From Plasmodiophora brassicae (lineage: Eukaryota), in assembly GCA_036867785.1 (NCBI GenBank), contig CP145424.1, positions 1 to 64,000 on the forward strand: a DNA stretch of 64,000 nucleotides, in the 5' to 3' direction. The translations under genes and the position numbers were made by a program. The notes beneath the pieces are model-generated. The model was not told the origin of the DNA and searched no databases. It saw nothing but the letters and a program-made list of their open reading frames with translations. Position 1 is the stretch's first letter; each line of letters begins with the position of its first letter. This document shows positions 24,542-38,236 of the stretch, piece after piece.

Positions 24542-25496
24542 TTAGATCCAGGATTGGCGCAGGTGGCGCTGCTCGTCGAGGTTCAGCTGCCGTCTGGCGG
24601 CGGCCCGGCGCAGGTTCGCGGTCCTGGCCAGCGGGTCGCGCCCGACCACGAAGCGCATGAAATCGCGCAGGACGATCTTGCCGTTGCCGTCCTGGTACCG
24701 GAAGAAGAGTCGCTGGACGTCGTGTGCGTCGAGCTGCATGCCCAGCTCGCCCAGCGCCGTGTCGAACTGGTCGTACACGATGTGGCCCGCGTTCGCCTTG
24801 TCGAAGAAGGCCCACAGGACCATGTCGTCGTTGAACTCGCCAAACTCGTCCATCAGGCGCCGGCGCAGCTCCGCCTCGACCGCGGCCATGTCGGCACGGT
24901 CCTGTGTCACCGCCTCGAACTGTCGCGCCAGGTGCCGGTGCAGCATGGTGCCCAGCACGCGGCACACGGGCCGCCGACGCAGCGGGGCCACCACGATCTT
25001 CGTCGTCGTCGTCGTCGTCAGCGGCGCCGGCAGGGCATTGCCGCGCTTCGGCTCGCCTTCTCGCCGCGCCGCGAACGCCATCGTCGTGGTGCTCGGGCTG
25101 CGGACTGGAATGCGTCAGTGGCCGTCTGCGCGCAGTGGCGTGCTGCGCGCACTTACGCAGAAGCTTCGCCCGCAGGTTGCCGACCGACTGCTGCACGGCC
25201 GGGTGCCGCACGTGGAGCAACGCCGACACCGACGCAGCGGAGCGCAGCTGTCGGCCCAGGTCGGGCCAGGACGCATCGGAACGCGCATGGTCGACGACCG
25301 ACCGTGATTCGTGGCGGACGGCGCGGGCCACCGACCGGTCGCGCGCCAACGTGCGCGACGGCGCCCGCACCTGCGCCTGCACCTGGTACAGCAGGGCGTC
25401 GCGCAGCTGGTAGCGCAGCAGGAGGCCGTCGAGCGCCTCCGCAGACGGCGGCGACGATGCCGACAGGTGCGTTGCGCTGCGACTGCGACGCATCAT
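24542..25496 (-). CDS. EF-hand-containing hypothetical protein
   Basis: C-terminal EF-hand pair FFDKANAGHIVYDQF...YQDGNGKIVLRDFMRF; the 5' exons are tentative. Confidence 0.65.
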
Positions 25497-25688
25497 CGTG
25501 CCAGGCGATACACCCGACGAGCACACGCGTGCGATGCGTTGTCGGCACGCGCGCGCTCCCCCACCTGAAACGTATCGGAATATCTGCCCCGGTCGCATCA
25601 TCCAAGCGCGCCGCGCGATCGATCGGTTTCGATATCTGTATCCCGCCGGGTCGTGCACCTTCCCGATGGCGGCACACTGGGTGTGCTG

Positions 25689-26429
25689 TTAGGTATGGAC
25701 GTGTGTCGGCCGGTCTGGAAGGGCGGTCGACCCGGCCGCGTGGTCGACCCAGGCGCGCAGGTCGTCCGATGGGGCCCGGGTCATGCCGCAGACGTACTCG
25801 ACGGGGACGCCCTGGTACCGGCGCGGGAGTTCCTCGCCGTCCGTCGTCGCCCACGACCTGTCCAGGTCGGTCAGGCCGACGACGATGGCGTCGACGGCGG
25901 CGACCGGGACGGTCACCCGCATGGTCTGCAGGCGCCCGCCGGCGATGAACGACAGCGTCCTGATCCGGCCGGCGTACGCTCGGCCGAACGACGCCCGGGC
26001 GGATTCGACAAGGTCGGATCGCGCGGCATCGTCGATCGGTGCGATACGCAGCCAGGTCTCGCCGGCCTCGGCGCTGGCGCCCGCTACTCCTTCATCATCA
26101 TCATCATCGCCGCCTCCACCACCACCACCATTGTCCAACTCGGGCTCCCGGCGGCCGACGGCGCCGCCCATGACCCGACCTTCAATACGACCACGCGCGG
26201 CGGCTCGGCCGGTCACGATGAATATGGGCAGGGGCCGAGGCCCTCGAGGTGCGCCCGGATCGCAGGGCGACGTGGCTCGGGTGACGACGGCCACCTGCTG
26301 GACGAGCGCTGCCAAGGCCCACGAATCCACCCCTCTCCTCCAACCGCACAACATCGCCATCAACGCGGGCAGCCAACCGACGGGCGACGACGAAACGGAC
26401 GACGCGGGCGTGGCCTGAACGACCCCCAT
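25689..26429 (-). CDS. Hypothetical protein (246 aa)
   Basis: ATG-initiated ORF between DDX6 and the EF-hand gene, with GC3-rich codon usage like its neighbours; no recognised motif. Confidence 0.45.
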   Translation of the reverse strand: MGVVQATPASSVSSSPVGWLPALMAMLCGWRRGVDSWALAALVQQVAVVTRATSPCDPGAPRGPRPLPIFIVTGRAAARGRIEGRVMGGAVGRREPELDNGGGGGGGDDDDDEGVAGASAEAGETWLRIAPIDDAARSDLVESARASFGRAYAGRIRTLSFIAGGRLQTMRVTVPVAAVDAIVVGLTDLDRSWATTDGEELPRRYQGVPVEYVCGMTRAPSDDLRAWVDHAAGSTALPDRPTHVHT

Positions 26430-26486
26430 GTGTGTGTGTATACGTGTGGGAAGGGACGATCGAAGGCGCGGCGGGCGGCGCGCTCG

Positions 26487-28684
26487 TCAGATGACGTACA
26501 GCGACTTGTCGATGACGGGCGGGATGGGTTTGACCTCGGTGCCCAGCTCCTGCTCGATCCTGTACAGCGTCGCCCTGTCCTGGTCGCTGATGAAGTTGAT
26601 CGCCAGGCCGAGGTGGCCGAACCGGCCGGCGCGCCCGATCCGATGCAGGTAGGTCTCGCTGGACTTCGGGAAGTCAAAGTTGATGACGACGTTGACGGAC
26701 TGGATGTCGATGCCCCTGGTGAACAGGTCGGTGCAGACCAGGTTCCGGCACGCGCCGTTGCGAAAGTCGTGAAACACGCGGTTGCGATGGTCCTGGTGCA
26801 TGCGCGCGTGAATGTAGAAACAGGAGGAGCCCATCTCGGTGATCTTCTTGGCGAGCAGCTCGACGCGCGCCACCGAATTGCAGAAGATGATCGCCTGGTT
26901 GATCTCCAGCTTCCGGAACAGGGTCGACAGGCAGTGCACCTTCTGCCGTTCGTCGACGAACGCATAGTACTGCGTGACGCCCCTCAGCGTCAGCTCGTCC
27001 ATCAGGTTGATCTCGTACGCCTTGGGCATCCAGTCATCTGCGCACGCAGCACACACACGTCAGCGGGCGCCCAGCAGCAGCATGTACGCCCCGGGCGCAC
27101 AGAGCGGCACCTTTGAACTGCTTGACGCTCCTGGGGAACGTCGCCGAGAAGAGCAGCAGCTGGCGGTCCTTGGGCGTGAACCCGAGGATCGACTCGATGA
27201 CGGGGACGAACTCGGGCGACAGCAACTTGTCGGCCTCGTCCATGACGACCGACCGGGTCTTGGACAGGTTGGCGACGCCCTTGCGGGCCAGGTCCAGGAC
27301 GCGGCCGGGCGTGGCGACAATGACGTGCACGGGTTTCATCAGCCGGATGATGTCGTCCTTCAGGTTCGTGCCGCCGAACGACACCATGACGTTGATGTTC
27401 AGGTGGCGCGCCAGCTGCTTGATGACCGCGCTCGTCTGCAGCGCCAGCTCGCGGGTCGGGACGAGGACCAGCGCCTGCGTGTGGTCCTTGGCGCTGTCGC
27501 AGTTCTCCAGCAGCGGGATCACGAACGACGCCGTCTTGCCCGTGCCGTTCTTCGCGCGGGCAAGCACGTCGTACCCGAGGAGGATCAGCGGGATGCTCTC
27601 CTCCTGGATCGGCGACGGCTTCTCGAACCCCATCTCGAAGATGCCCATCAGCAGTTCCCGCTTCAAGTGGAAATCCTCGAACTCGTTGCCGCGCGTCGCG
27701 CTGACGTCCGCCGTGACGATACGCCCGTCCTTCGGCGGCAGGCTGAGCGACGCCTTCCAGTCCGCTCCGTTGAGAGTCGGGGCCGGTGCCCGCGTTCCGG
27801 CGGGCGATGCGCTCCTCGCCGCCCCGGTCGGCTGGTTCGCGTCCGGCGCCGCGTTCGTGGTCGTCTGCATCGCAATCTTTGCTAGCAGGATCAGACGACC
27901 CGCGGTACGAGGGCGGTGAACGGACGCGCGCCGACCTGTGCGTGCGACATTGTGGGTGCAGGTGCAGGCGGCGCGGGCCCGCGTTCATCATTCGGTGGCC
28001 TCGCGGGCGGCTTGTAATACATCGGCGGTTGCGATGGTTGGTGGGGCGGCCCCGGAAACGACGGCTGCTGTCGCTGCGGTGCCTGCTGATGCTGCTGCTG
28101 CTGCTGCTGATACGGGACATAATACGGCGACGGAGCCTATGCATACACAGGGTGGAATTAGCCGGCCTCGTGAACGCACCCCGTCCATCGCATTCGGAAA
28201 GGTCGAAACGACGACAACGACCAAGCCACGTGCGACGGCGGTCGAATATCAATGTGCAGCAACCGAAGGCGAGGAACAGCACCCGAACGAATAACGACGT
28301 ACATATTGTTGGTAGCCGGCCGGCGTGTAGTATTGTGCAGTGGGCGGGCCGGCGTACGCGCCCGGGTAGACGCCTGCTGGCGGCGGGAACTGCGCCGCCG
28401 GATTGTACGGTGGCGCCTGGTGACCGTACACGACGTAGGGGTCTATATATCAGCCACGACAACGTCAGAGACGCGGTGCGTGTGTGTGCGTCGGAGGTCG
28501 AGCGACGCGGCGACCGACCTGCGCCGGCAGCGGGCGCCTGCGCCGGATAGTAGTACGGCGGGTGGGGCATGGGCGCGCCGGCGGCGGACGGTTGCTGAGC
28601 GGGACGCGGCGCCGGCCCTGGACCGGGCCCCGGGGCGACCCTGGACGCGGACGTCGTCGTCGTCGTCGATCGCGGATCTGCCAT
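26487..28684 (-). CDS. DDX6: DEAD-box RNA helicase DDX6/Dhh1 with a Pro/Gln-rich N-terminus
   Basis: [52 protein letters not shown] and [13 protein letters not shown]. Confidence 0.96.
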
Positions 28685-29149
28685 CCGTGACGCGATGGTC
28701 GGGGGCCGCAACGATGGCCGTCCGTCCGTTCGCCCGGCTTGCCACGGATTTTGAACTGCAACAAAGTGCGCTCCACCACCACCACCGCTACCGCCAGTGA
28801 CCATCCAACAGGGCGCACCGCCCGGATGATGGCTCCAAGTCGCGACCAGCTGCTACACGCGGGGAGCGTTCGCGGGTTCCAGGAGGAGGGCCGGCTGCGT
28901 TTACGTAGTCGTAGGGGTCTCCCCCGCGCGCCCGAAGTAACTACCTACCATCCTATCCAACGCCCGCGGACCATACCAGGCTGATCATCTGGATGCGTTT
29001 TATTCAAATCGTTATCCATCTGCGACACGCAGCAAAGGCGACAGTCAGATTCGGACACACACACAGAGAGAGTTAGAAACGCAGGCATGGCGTGCCGCAC
29101 TCACGGGTTCCGGTGTGGGAGGAGTCGCAGGGTCGTCGTGCGCGGGCGA

Positions 29150-30127
29150 TTACTCACCGCCAGCGGCACCTTCGATGCCGAGCCAGGCCTGCAGCTCGCC
29201 GTAGATGACGAGGACCAGGGCGGCGCCGGTGCCACGCAGGATGTTGGCGCCGGCGCCCTTGAACAGCGCCTTGGAGCCCTCGTCCTTGAGGATGCGGTTG
29301 AAACAGTGCATCGGGCCCGTGTACAGGCGTTCGGCAATGGGCTTCTCCGCCTCCATCTGCAGGCGACGCCGGACCGTGTCGAACGGGTACGTCACGTACC
29401 CGGACATGATGACGGAGACCTGCGCGCCGACCCACTTCGAGACGATGCCGACCACGGTCGTGTCCTTGTCCCACGGGTTGACGCCCTTGATCGTGTCGTT
29501 CAGGCCGAACTGAACGCCCCGGTACGGGATGATGCCGGCGACGGAGACGCCGAACCCCTGGTACAGGCCGAAGAACCCCTTCGGCCCCTTGCTGCTCTTC
29601 ACCAGGCAGTCCAGCAGACCGTTGAACTGCTTCTTGCCGGTGCCGACGTCGGACGCCAGGCGCGTACGCGCGTAGTCGAGCGGGTAGACGAACATGAGCG
29701 AGAAGGCGCCGGCGGCGCCGCCCGACGCCATGTTGACGCCAAAGAACGGCCAGAAGTGCGTCTTCGGGTCGTACTTCGGGAACATGCCCTTGATGGTGTC
29801 CTTGGACGCCAGGTTGATGGCCTGCGTCGGGAAATACCGGACGCAGTTGGTGAAGTTGCCTCGCCAGAACGCGGCGAAGCCCTGCTCGGCGCGCACCCGC
29901 CGGAAGCAGTCGACGATGCCGGTGTAGCGCGGCACCTCGCCGGACCGGATCCTCGGGTTCGCATCCTGCGTCTGGATGATCAGCTTGACACGCTCGATCG
30001 GCGCCGTCAGCGTCTTGGCGACGGTGCCGGACACGCCGCCCAGGGCGAAATCGGTGGCGAACTTCGAGTACGACACGCCGGCGGCCGCATCCACCCCGCT
30101 TGACTTCTTGCTGTCCCCGCCTGCCAT
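29150..30127 (-). CDS. AAC: Mitochondrial ADP/ATP carrier
   Basis: APIERVKL, RYFPTQA, YPLDYARTRL and YPFDTVRRRLQM signature; intronless. Confidence 0.97.
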   Translation of the reverse strand: MAGGDSKKSSGVDAAAGVSYSKFATDFALGGVSGTVAKTLTAPIERVKLIIQTQDANPRIRSGEVPRYTGIVDCFRRVRAEQGFAAFWRGNFTNCVRYFPTQAINLASKDTIKGMFPKYDPKTHFWPFFGVNMASGGAAGAFSLMFVYPLDYARTRLASDVGTGKKQFNGLLDCLVKSSKGPKGFFGLYQGFGVSVAGIIPYRGVQFGLNDTIKGVNPWDKDTTVVGIVSKWVGAQVSVIMSGYVTYPFDTVRRRLQMEAEKPIAERLYTGPMHCFNRILKDEGSKALFKGAGANILRGTGAALVLVIYGELQAWLGIEGAAGGE

Positions 30128-30719
30128 GACGCTGGTCGACCCCGCTACCCCACGACGACCGGCGACCGGATCACGCGCCAACAACCCACCAGAAACCAAA
30201 AATGAGCGACGCGAGATTTTGCCCTCTCGCCGCCCGCCCGCCCGCCCCTGGATCGCGAGCGAGACCGGACGGAAAATCCGCCCCCCGAGCCCCCGCGCCG
30301 CTGCCGCCCCCCCCACCCACCCACGCGGATATTTTATTCTTGTGCGACGTACACACATCGACACGTGACGCGCGCGCCCACGCCGCCACGCGGCGCAGCA
30401 CGAAAATCTGACCCGTCGCCTGGTTTTGCGGCCCTCGTTTTTGCGGGCCCTGCCGCGACGCTGCGCCTGGAGGATGGGGCTGTTCTGCTCCCGAGTGGCG
30501 AGTGCGTTCGAAGGTAGGCAAATAGTACAACCGGAGGACGGCCGTGGCACGCCCGGGACCTGTCCGTACGCCGTGGCTTGTTCTGGACAATACTGCGTGT
30601 GTGCGTGTTTGTAACCGTTCCAAGTTATTCCTACACCACGCGTATCGATCCGAGCTGATTAGGGTCGGGGTTCGACGGGGTACGCCCCTGGCGCCAGTGG
30701 TGGTTAGTGCGGGCCACGA

Positions 30720-32922
30720 ATGGAGAAGCTGGACAAGCTGATCGGCGACGTGTTCCCGGCCATCTGCAGGGACAACGATGAGCGCCCGTCCGGCAAGGCG
30801 CTCGATCTGCTGCGTGCGCGCGCACAGGCGGACGCCATGCAATACAGTACGGCGGGCGCTGCTGGGTATCCGTTCCTACGTCACTGGATAAACGCCGGCT
30901 TCGCCGCGCAGGTGATGACGGCGTTCTCGTCCTGCGACACTTCCGGGTCGGCCTGCACGCGTGCGCTGCGCTGTCGAAATGCATTCCGTCAGGGCAGCTG
31001 AAGGTCCTCGACCTGTCCGACAATGGTAGGGGTTCGCGACCGCCTGCCAAAGGATGCGCTTGTAATCTGGCCATACGACAGCGTTGGACGACTACGCCAT
31101 GGCGGCGCTCCAGCCGCTTCTGGACGGCAGCCCCGCCCTGAACGAACTTCGCCTGGCAGGGAACCGCATCGGATTCGATGGGGGCACGGTGATAGCGGGC
31201 GCGCTCCCCGGTCTACGCCAGCTCCACCTGCTGGACCTGTCCGGCCAGCGCCCTGCAGTCGGCTCGTCGGTGGCGGCATCGTCGCCGGTTCGACCCGTCT
31301 GCGAAGCCCTGGCCCGACACTTTGCTGTCGCACAGCTGATTCTGTCCGGCAACGGCATCACCGATGCGGACGCGAGCGCCGTCGGGCAGATGCTGCGCCT
31401 GAACCGGTCGATCACGTCGCTGAACCTGGCCAGGAACCGGGTTGGCGCGCGAGGATGCGCCCTGCTCTGCGACGCCCTGCAACGCAACCGCGACCTGCGA
31501 CACGTCGACCTGTCGGCGAACGGCATCGGCGCTGACGCAGCGCGATCCCTGGCCGCCCTGTTCCAGGCCAATGCGACGCTGGTGACGGTCAACCTCGGGG
31601 ACAACGCGCTGGACGCGGGCGTCCCTGATATGACGGACGCCCTTATCTCGAATCGGACCCTGGTCGTCCTCGACGTGCACGCGAACAGCATGGGCGATCC
31701 AGGCGCGATCGCCATTGCCCATGCGTTAGCGGCGTCGTCGACGATCACGAGCGTGAACCTGTCGCGGAACGGGATCGGGGAGTCGGGCGGCGTGGCCATC
31801 GCGCGCGCCCTGACCCGCAACCGCGTCCTGACCGCGTTGGACCTGTCGTCGAACGATGTTCGCGACCCGACGGCCATTGCCCTCGCCGAGGCCATCGTCG
31901 GCAACCTGTCGCTCGTGCACCTCGACCTGTCGTCGTGCAAGGTCGCCGACGACGGCGCCGTCGCCCTGGCGACTGCTATAGGGGCCAACGCCGACTGCGC
32001 CCTGCGCGTCCTGCGCCTGCGCGACAACTACATATCGTCGTCGGCGGGCCAGATCGTCCTCGATGAACTGCAGGGCAATACGACCATCACGACCGCCGAG
32101 CTGCGAGGCAACCGCATGGACCATTCGAAGCTGGCCAAGATCCGGTCGTTCTGCCGACGGAACCTGGCACAGATCCGCAACCAGGTCGACCACGCCGACA
32201 CGCCCGTCTGTGCGCTTAGCGCCAACCTGTTGCTGATGGCGTTTCCGTAGGTCCCGAAACGGCTCCGGGAGGACATCGCCGAGCTGGAGAACGTGCTGGC
32301 GAGCCTGGGCGACCTGCAGGAGACGCTGCTGGCGGAGAAGCAGGAGGTGGAGAAGGCGCTGGCGGACCTGCAGGTGATCAACGACGAGAAGATGCATTTC
32401 CGGCTGGGGCAGCAGGCGAAGCGCGACGAGGCGGAGAAGCAGCTGGCCGGCGAGGAGGCCAAGCTCGCCGACCTCCAGGCGAAGATGGCGGCCAAGTCGA
32501 AGGAGTTCGGCGCGAATCGGGCCGCGTTCGCGAAGCAGATCGCCACGAAGGAGGCGCAGCTGGATCAAGAGCGGACGCAGCGCACGGCCATGGAGGAGCA
32601 AGTCGCCGGCGAGCAGGAGCGGTTAAACGCGCTCAGCGACGTCACGTTCGAGACAACGCCCGAGCAACTCAAGGCGGCGATCGAACAGCAGCGACGGGAG
32701 AAGCTCAAGTTCCAGGCGACGATGACGGCGGTGCGCGCCAAATGCCACGCCATCCAGCAGAGGCACAGCAGCGGCCAGGGCATCCCCGAGTTCCTGGAAC
32801 GCGCCCGGTACGCACTTCTCCACCCCGACGCCGCTACCGACGGAGAAGGCGACGGGGCAGCTGCAGCGCACGGCGAACCCGCCGACCCGTCCGCCGAGCC
32901 GATCGCCGTGTCTCCGCAATAA
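30720..32922 (+). CDS. RI-like leucine-rich repeat protein with a C-terminal coiled coil
   Basis: 28-residue LxxLxLxxNxIG repeats at 31084-32180, then a coiled-coil exon; short introns. Confidence 0.85.
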
Positions 32923-32989
32923 TAATGACGACTGCGCGTGCGCGCCACCTCATAGACATCATCACATGGCCATGTTAGCGCACGCGTGT

Positions 32990-34715
32990 TCATTTATTGT
33001 CGCGTCGAGGAGCGTGCGGCGCAGCGGCACCTTCGTGGGCGGCGCCGGAGGCATCGTCGTCGAGGTCGTCTTCCTCAACGGTCGGCGGTACGATCGCCAC
33101 GTCCTGCACCCGGATCTGGCGCATCAGCAGGCGGACGTCGCCGACGCCGTTCTCGCCTTTCTGCGCGACGAACTTGTTCAACAGGTCCACGACGACTTCC
33201 TCGATCGTGGCCAGCTCCTCGGCGACCGTTGTGTCGTTCATCTCGCCGTACGCCGTCGCGGACCGCCTCTCCCCGGTGCCAATCTCGTGGGAGATGTCGG
33301 CGACGTGCCGGCAGATGGACACGAGCGTTGCGGTGGCCTCCTGGGCGTCCTTGCTGGACTCCTCGTACTCCTTGACGATGGCGGCCACCTTCTTCGCCAG
33401 CGAACGCGTCATGCGCTCGGTGTTGGACTCATTGGGGCGCCCAGCCTGCCGGTTGCGGTACTTTTGAAGCTCGGCCTGGGCGGCGACGATCTCGTCGTCG
33501 ACCGTCTCGATGCCTTCCTGCAGGGCGCCGATCTGCTTGTACAGGTGGAAGTTGTCCTCCTCGGCCTTCAGGAACCCGTCCACGAGCGCGTCGATGCTTT
33601 CGATCGAGGTCGCCCGGCGCACGTCCTCGAACTGCCTCTCGGTCTGCTCGATACGCGCCCTGGCCGCCCGGATCGCCTCCCGCTTGTCGGTGATGGCTGC
33701 CTCGGCGGCGCGCAACCTGCCGGCCAGGTCGCGCTCCCGCTCCCCGTGCTTCGCGTGCAATTCCGCCCGCTTCTGCAGGTCGTTCTGGTGCGACTTGTCC
33801 AGCTCATCCATCACCTCCTCCTGGTCCGCCAACGACGCGGCGATCTCGTGCCAGCCGCGTTCCAGGGCCTACCAGCGACGAGTCAGTGCCCGTGCGCCCG
33901 AGCCGAGCCGAACACTGGTGGGCGGGCAGACGTACGCGGAACTCCTGATCGACAGCGTCCTTGATGTGGCGCATCTGCTGCTGGAACCCGTCGGCGTCCT
34001 TGCCGAACGCCTCGCTGCGGACGAGCATGTCGCTGGTGGCGGCGCGCTTGTCGCGGATCTCCCGCAGCATCTTGTCCTGGACGCTGTCGAAGACGAGCCG
34101 TTCGCGGCGCAGGAAATCGATGACGTCCTTCAGCTGCTGGTTGCTGTTCGACGCCTCGTTGAACTTGACGAGCGCCTTGTCGAGCAGGTTCTCGTGGTTC
34201 TTGATCTTGCGCTCCAGCTGATGCGAGCGTTTCAGCTCGCTGCCGACGCCGCCCGTTGACATCTTCAGCGAGACGATGCGCGTCTCGACGTCGCGGATGT
34301 CGCGTTCGATCTGTTCGTTGCGCAGCGTCTCGTTCTTGACCAGGGCGCCGTATCGTTCCGCCTGTTCGTGGAGGGCCTCGATCTGCTCGATCGAGCGCGC
34401 GCCGGTCTTCTTGCGCATGGTCTCCGTCTCCAACGACAGGTCCCATCGTTTCTTCTCGCTGATCGCCGACAGCTTGCTGATCTGCTGCTGGTGCAGGCGC
34501 GGGATCAGGCCTCGTGCCTCCCTGCGCAGGCGGAACGCGTTCTCAAACGCCCGGAATTGTTTCTGGATCTCGTCACGCCCGAGCACATCGGCAGACAGGT
34601 TCGACGGTCCTGAACTGGACGACGGCCCGCTGGTACCTTTCGCATCGCTTGGCGCTTTGTCGCCTAGCACGTCGTCCAGCTTTGCCGGGACTTGGTCGTT
34701 CTCGATTTCCGCCAT
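32990..34715 (-). CDS. Outer dynein arm docking-complex subunit (DC2/CCDC114-CCDC63 family)
   Basis: HENLLDKALVKFNEA...NQQLKDVIDFLRRERLVFD and FLKAEEDNFHLYKQI motifs; coiled coil; one intron. Confidence 0.8.
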
Positions 34716-35042
34716 GGCGCTCCTCGTCGGCGGTCCGTCAAGGCCAGCGAATGTGCTCGTATGGGCCGAGTCGACGATGCAAGATCGCTGCGAGTACACT
34801 CGTGCCGGAGCGACGATATCTTGGTGCCCGCAACGAAAAGATTACACGTGCCCATGGGATCCGCTTGCACATAGTCGTGTAGATAGACGACCGCTGACCA
34901 CATGGCGTCGTCAACGGTCACACCTCATTCACACGCGAAGCACATGGAGCCCAATCGCTAGCTGTGTGACAACGGAGAGGGACTGATATGGCAAAGGCGG
35001 GATTTACACGGAGCGTATTGTATTGTAGTACATAAGATAGTG

Positions 35043-36839
35043 TCATTTGTGGATGTCGGCCGGTACCTCGTCAAGGATGGCCATGAACTTGGCGGGCACC
35101 CAGCCTTTGACCTTCTGCGCGTTCTCAGCCAACCACCACCCGCTGTTCTGTGGCCGTTTCAGGATCACTGTTCACCGTAGTCAGGCGACCCTCCAGCACG
35201 TATCGTCGCGGGTTCCCTATTGCTCACCTAACAGCTCGTCGGCGGCACACGGCAGGCAATTGGGCTTGTCAGTCTTGAAGTCGAACTTGCATCGGCAGTG
35301 AACGACCTGCTCGTGACCGCCCTGCGGTCCATCCTTGCGGTCACTCGGCGACTCCACCTTCGTACTGCTAATGTCCTTGGACAGCGCGGGACCACTGACG
35401 TCCACAGATGGATATCTCCTGGCGTTGCCCGTCGTGCTGCCCGTTCGTGTCGTCGGTGACGTTGCCGCATCCGAAACGTTCGACCTTGTGCCACTGCTAC
35501 AACTCAGGGCCATGTCGCAGAGCAACGCGGGCAGTAACGTACCTTGACGATTGCCTGGTGTGGTCCACGCGTTTGACAACCTCCGACGTCAGCGACGATT
35601 CTCTCTTGACCTTCAAGTCATCCGTTCGTTTCGGACGCGCCCTGAGCGGGGTGTCAGGCGGCACAGCAAGCCATTCTCGTCAAATACCGACGGTTTCGCG
35701 GGCTCGTCCTCATCGGACGCGACCTCTTCCGCATGCGGTCGCTGAACGGGCTTCTGCTGTCGCTGCTGCTGTTGGTGGTGCTGCTGGTGCTGGTGCTGGT
35801 GCTGCTGCTGACGATTTGGGACCGGATCGAGGGCGGCCTTTGCGTCATCGGCCGTGTCAACGACCGGGTCCTCGACGACCTCGAGGGTTCCGGGGCGGAT
35901 GACGATCTCGTTCCGTAGGAACTCGGCGTTGAACACGCTCCAGTGCTCGCGGAAGATGGGCCTTCCCCTGCAGACGTAGGTGAACTCAGCGGAGCGTAAC
36001 GCCGGCACCGTCTTTAACAGGCGAGCGTTTAGCTCGTCCAGCGTTGTTTCCGGGACGACGTTCACTGATGCCAGTGGCACATCGCTGTCCTCCCATCGCA
36101 CCCCGATTACCATCAACGGATCCGCTTGTGCTGACAATGCCGCTCCGGCCGGCTTCGCGCTTGGTGCCGTCAGCAGAGGAGGCGCCGGACCCTCATCTGG
36201 GGAACGACGAGCGAGCGTTAGCGCCAGAACAGACCGCCGGGCGAATCGGTGCCGCCATGATGTCTCACCGAGGATTGCGCCGCCCATGATCTGGTATCGG
36301 CATTCAATGCAGACGCGAGCCGGGCCTTTCTTCATCTTCTTCTTGAACATCGGCGGCACCTCCATCTTGATCGTGCACTCGTTGTCGAACATGTCGCCGC
36401 ACACCCGGCAGTGATGGGTGTTGCCGGAGGTCAGCGCCCCATAGCACAGCTTGCAGTTGGCGTAGGACCCGGCCTTCACCCAGACGGGCGGGTAGATGTG
36501 CATGACGCCCGCCTTGTCCGTGTACGTGACCATCTGCGGGTGCAGCGGCGGTTCGTTCTTGACGAACTTGGCGCGGCGCTCCATGCACTGGTCGCGGCAT
36601 CCGAAACAGACGCGATCGGGGCCCTCCTTGTCCTTGCGTTTGAACTGCGAGTTGACCATGTATTTCGCGGTGCACATGGAGCAGTACATGTGCCCGCACA
36701 GGCGGCAGTGGTGCTGGTGCGAATAGCTGAACTTCACGTTGCAATGGTAGCACGCGTTGTACGCCTTCTTATCGACCCAGACCGGGGCGACCAGGTGCCC
36801 CATCCATCCCAGGATCAGCTTCTGCGGGTGCTCCTGCAT
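35043..36839 (-). CDS. Tandem FYVE-like zinc fingers + ubiquitin-like segment + C-terminal SH3
   Basis: WVD..CYHC..HHCRLCG..CSMC..RVCFGC and a second similar unit. The last exons give CKFDFKTDKPNCLPCAADELL|VILKRPQNSGWWLAE...GWVPAKF (SH3). Confidence 0.82.
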
Positions 36840-37133
36840 CGAGGGCGGCCGCCGACACACCGATGACGATGCGGCTGCAGCGTACCCAGCTCGAAATATC
36901 TTGAGCGTACGTGCACGCTACCCGTCCCCATGTGTATCTCGAACAAGCCCGCGCGCGAGCGGTGTGTGTGTATTATCGATGCACGTGAACACCGTCGCTG
37001 TCAATGTGTTAGACGGACGACAGACGCGCAATCCACTTAACGGAAGGTCGGTGGACGGGCGCCGAGTGCGGTCCGTCGCGGAGTTGCGCCAGTGGCGGCC
37101 GTCGTCGTCGTCGTTGTCGTCGATCGGACGATC

Positions 37134-38095
37134 ATGCTGTCGCAACGCGAGCTGTTGGACCAGCTGATGGGCAAGGACCGCAACCTGGCGGACGAGGACA
37201 AGAAGGCGCCCGACCAGCACTGGTGGGACGACGCCGTCTGCAAGTACTACATCTGCGGGTTCTGCCCGCACGACCTGTTCTACAACACGAAATCGGACCT
37301 GGGCCCGTGCGCGAAACAGCACGACATGGCGTTCCGTCGCGAGTTCGAATGCGAACCTGTATCGCGACGCGCCCCGTACGAGGCCGATTTCCTGCGCCTG
37401 CTGGAATCGCTGACCGAGGAGGTCGACCGGCGCAAGCGCCGCGGGACGGATCGGTTGTCCATGACGATGCAGCCGGACCTGTCCGATCCCGTTGTCGCGC
37501 GATGCAAATCCGACATCGACCAGATCGTGGCCGACATGCGCCCGCTGATCGACCAGATGCAGGCGCTGGCTGAACGCGGCGACGTCGACGACGCCGCCCG
37601 GCTGCTGGTCGCCTTCGAGGAGAAGGCCGTCCGCAAACAGGCGCTCCAGGAGGAGATGGAGGGCGGGACCCGGTTCATCACGCAGCACGAGAAGCAGATG
37701 GGCGTCTGCGACATTTGCGGGGCGTTCCTCGTGCAGAACGAGGCGGAGTCGCGCGTGCAGTCCCACCTGAATGGTACGTGCCCCCTTCGTCACGACAGGG
37801 GCCACGGACTGCGCCGTGGCCCCTGGCACCTGTAGCACTCCACTGACGGGCGGACGCGTGCACAGGGAAGCAGCATGTCGGGTTCGCGTTGATCCGCGAC
37901 AAGATCGTGGAGCTGCGCAGAGCGCTGCCCGACGTGAAGGCGGCGCACCATGAGCCCGCTTCGCGGCGGCGCGGCACGGACCGGGACCGGTCCCGGGATC
38001 GTCGACGGAGCAGTCGCAGTCCTCGGCGGTCCAGCGGCGGCGGCGGCGGCGGCGGCCGCCGTCATGGGTCACCCTCCCGCCGGCATCGATACTAG
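37134..38095 (+). CDS. LUC7: U1 snRNP-associated splicing factor LUC7-like
   Basis: QRELLDQLMG, VCKYYICGFCPHDLFYNTKSDLGPC, VCDICGAFL and an RS-rich tail. Confidence 0.95.
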
Positions 38096-38236
38096 TTCCA
38101 TATCGCCAATATACGACGCTTGATGCAGGTCGCGCGTGACCACCTGCGAAATGAGCGCAACGCGTTGGCGTTTCATTGAACGGACAGTGCTAGGTCGTTG
38201 CGGGCATTGACAATCTGAAGCGAATAATATATGTCG

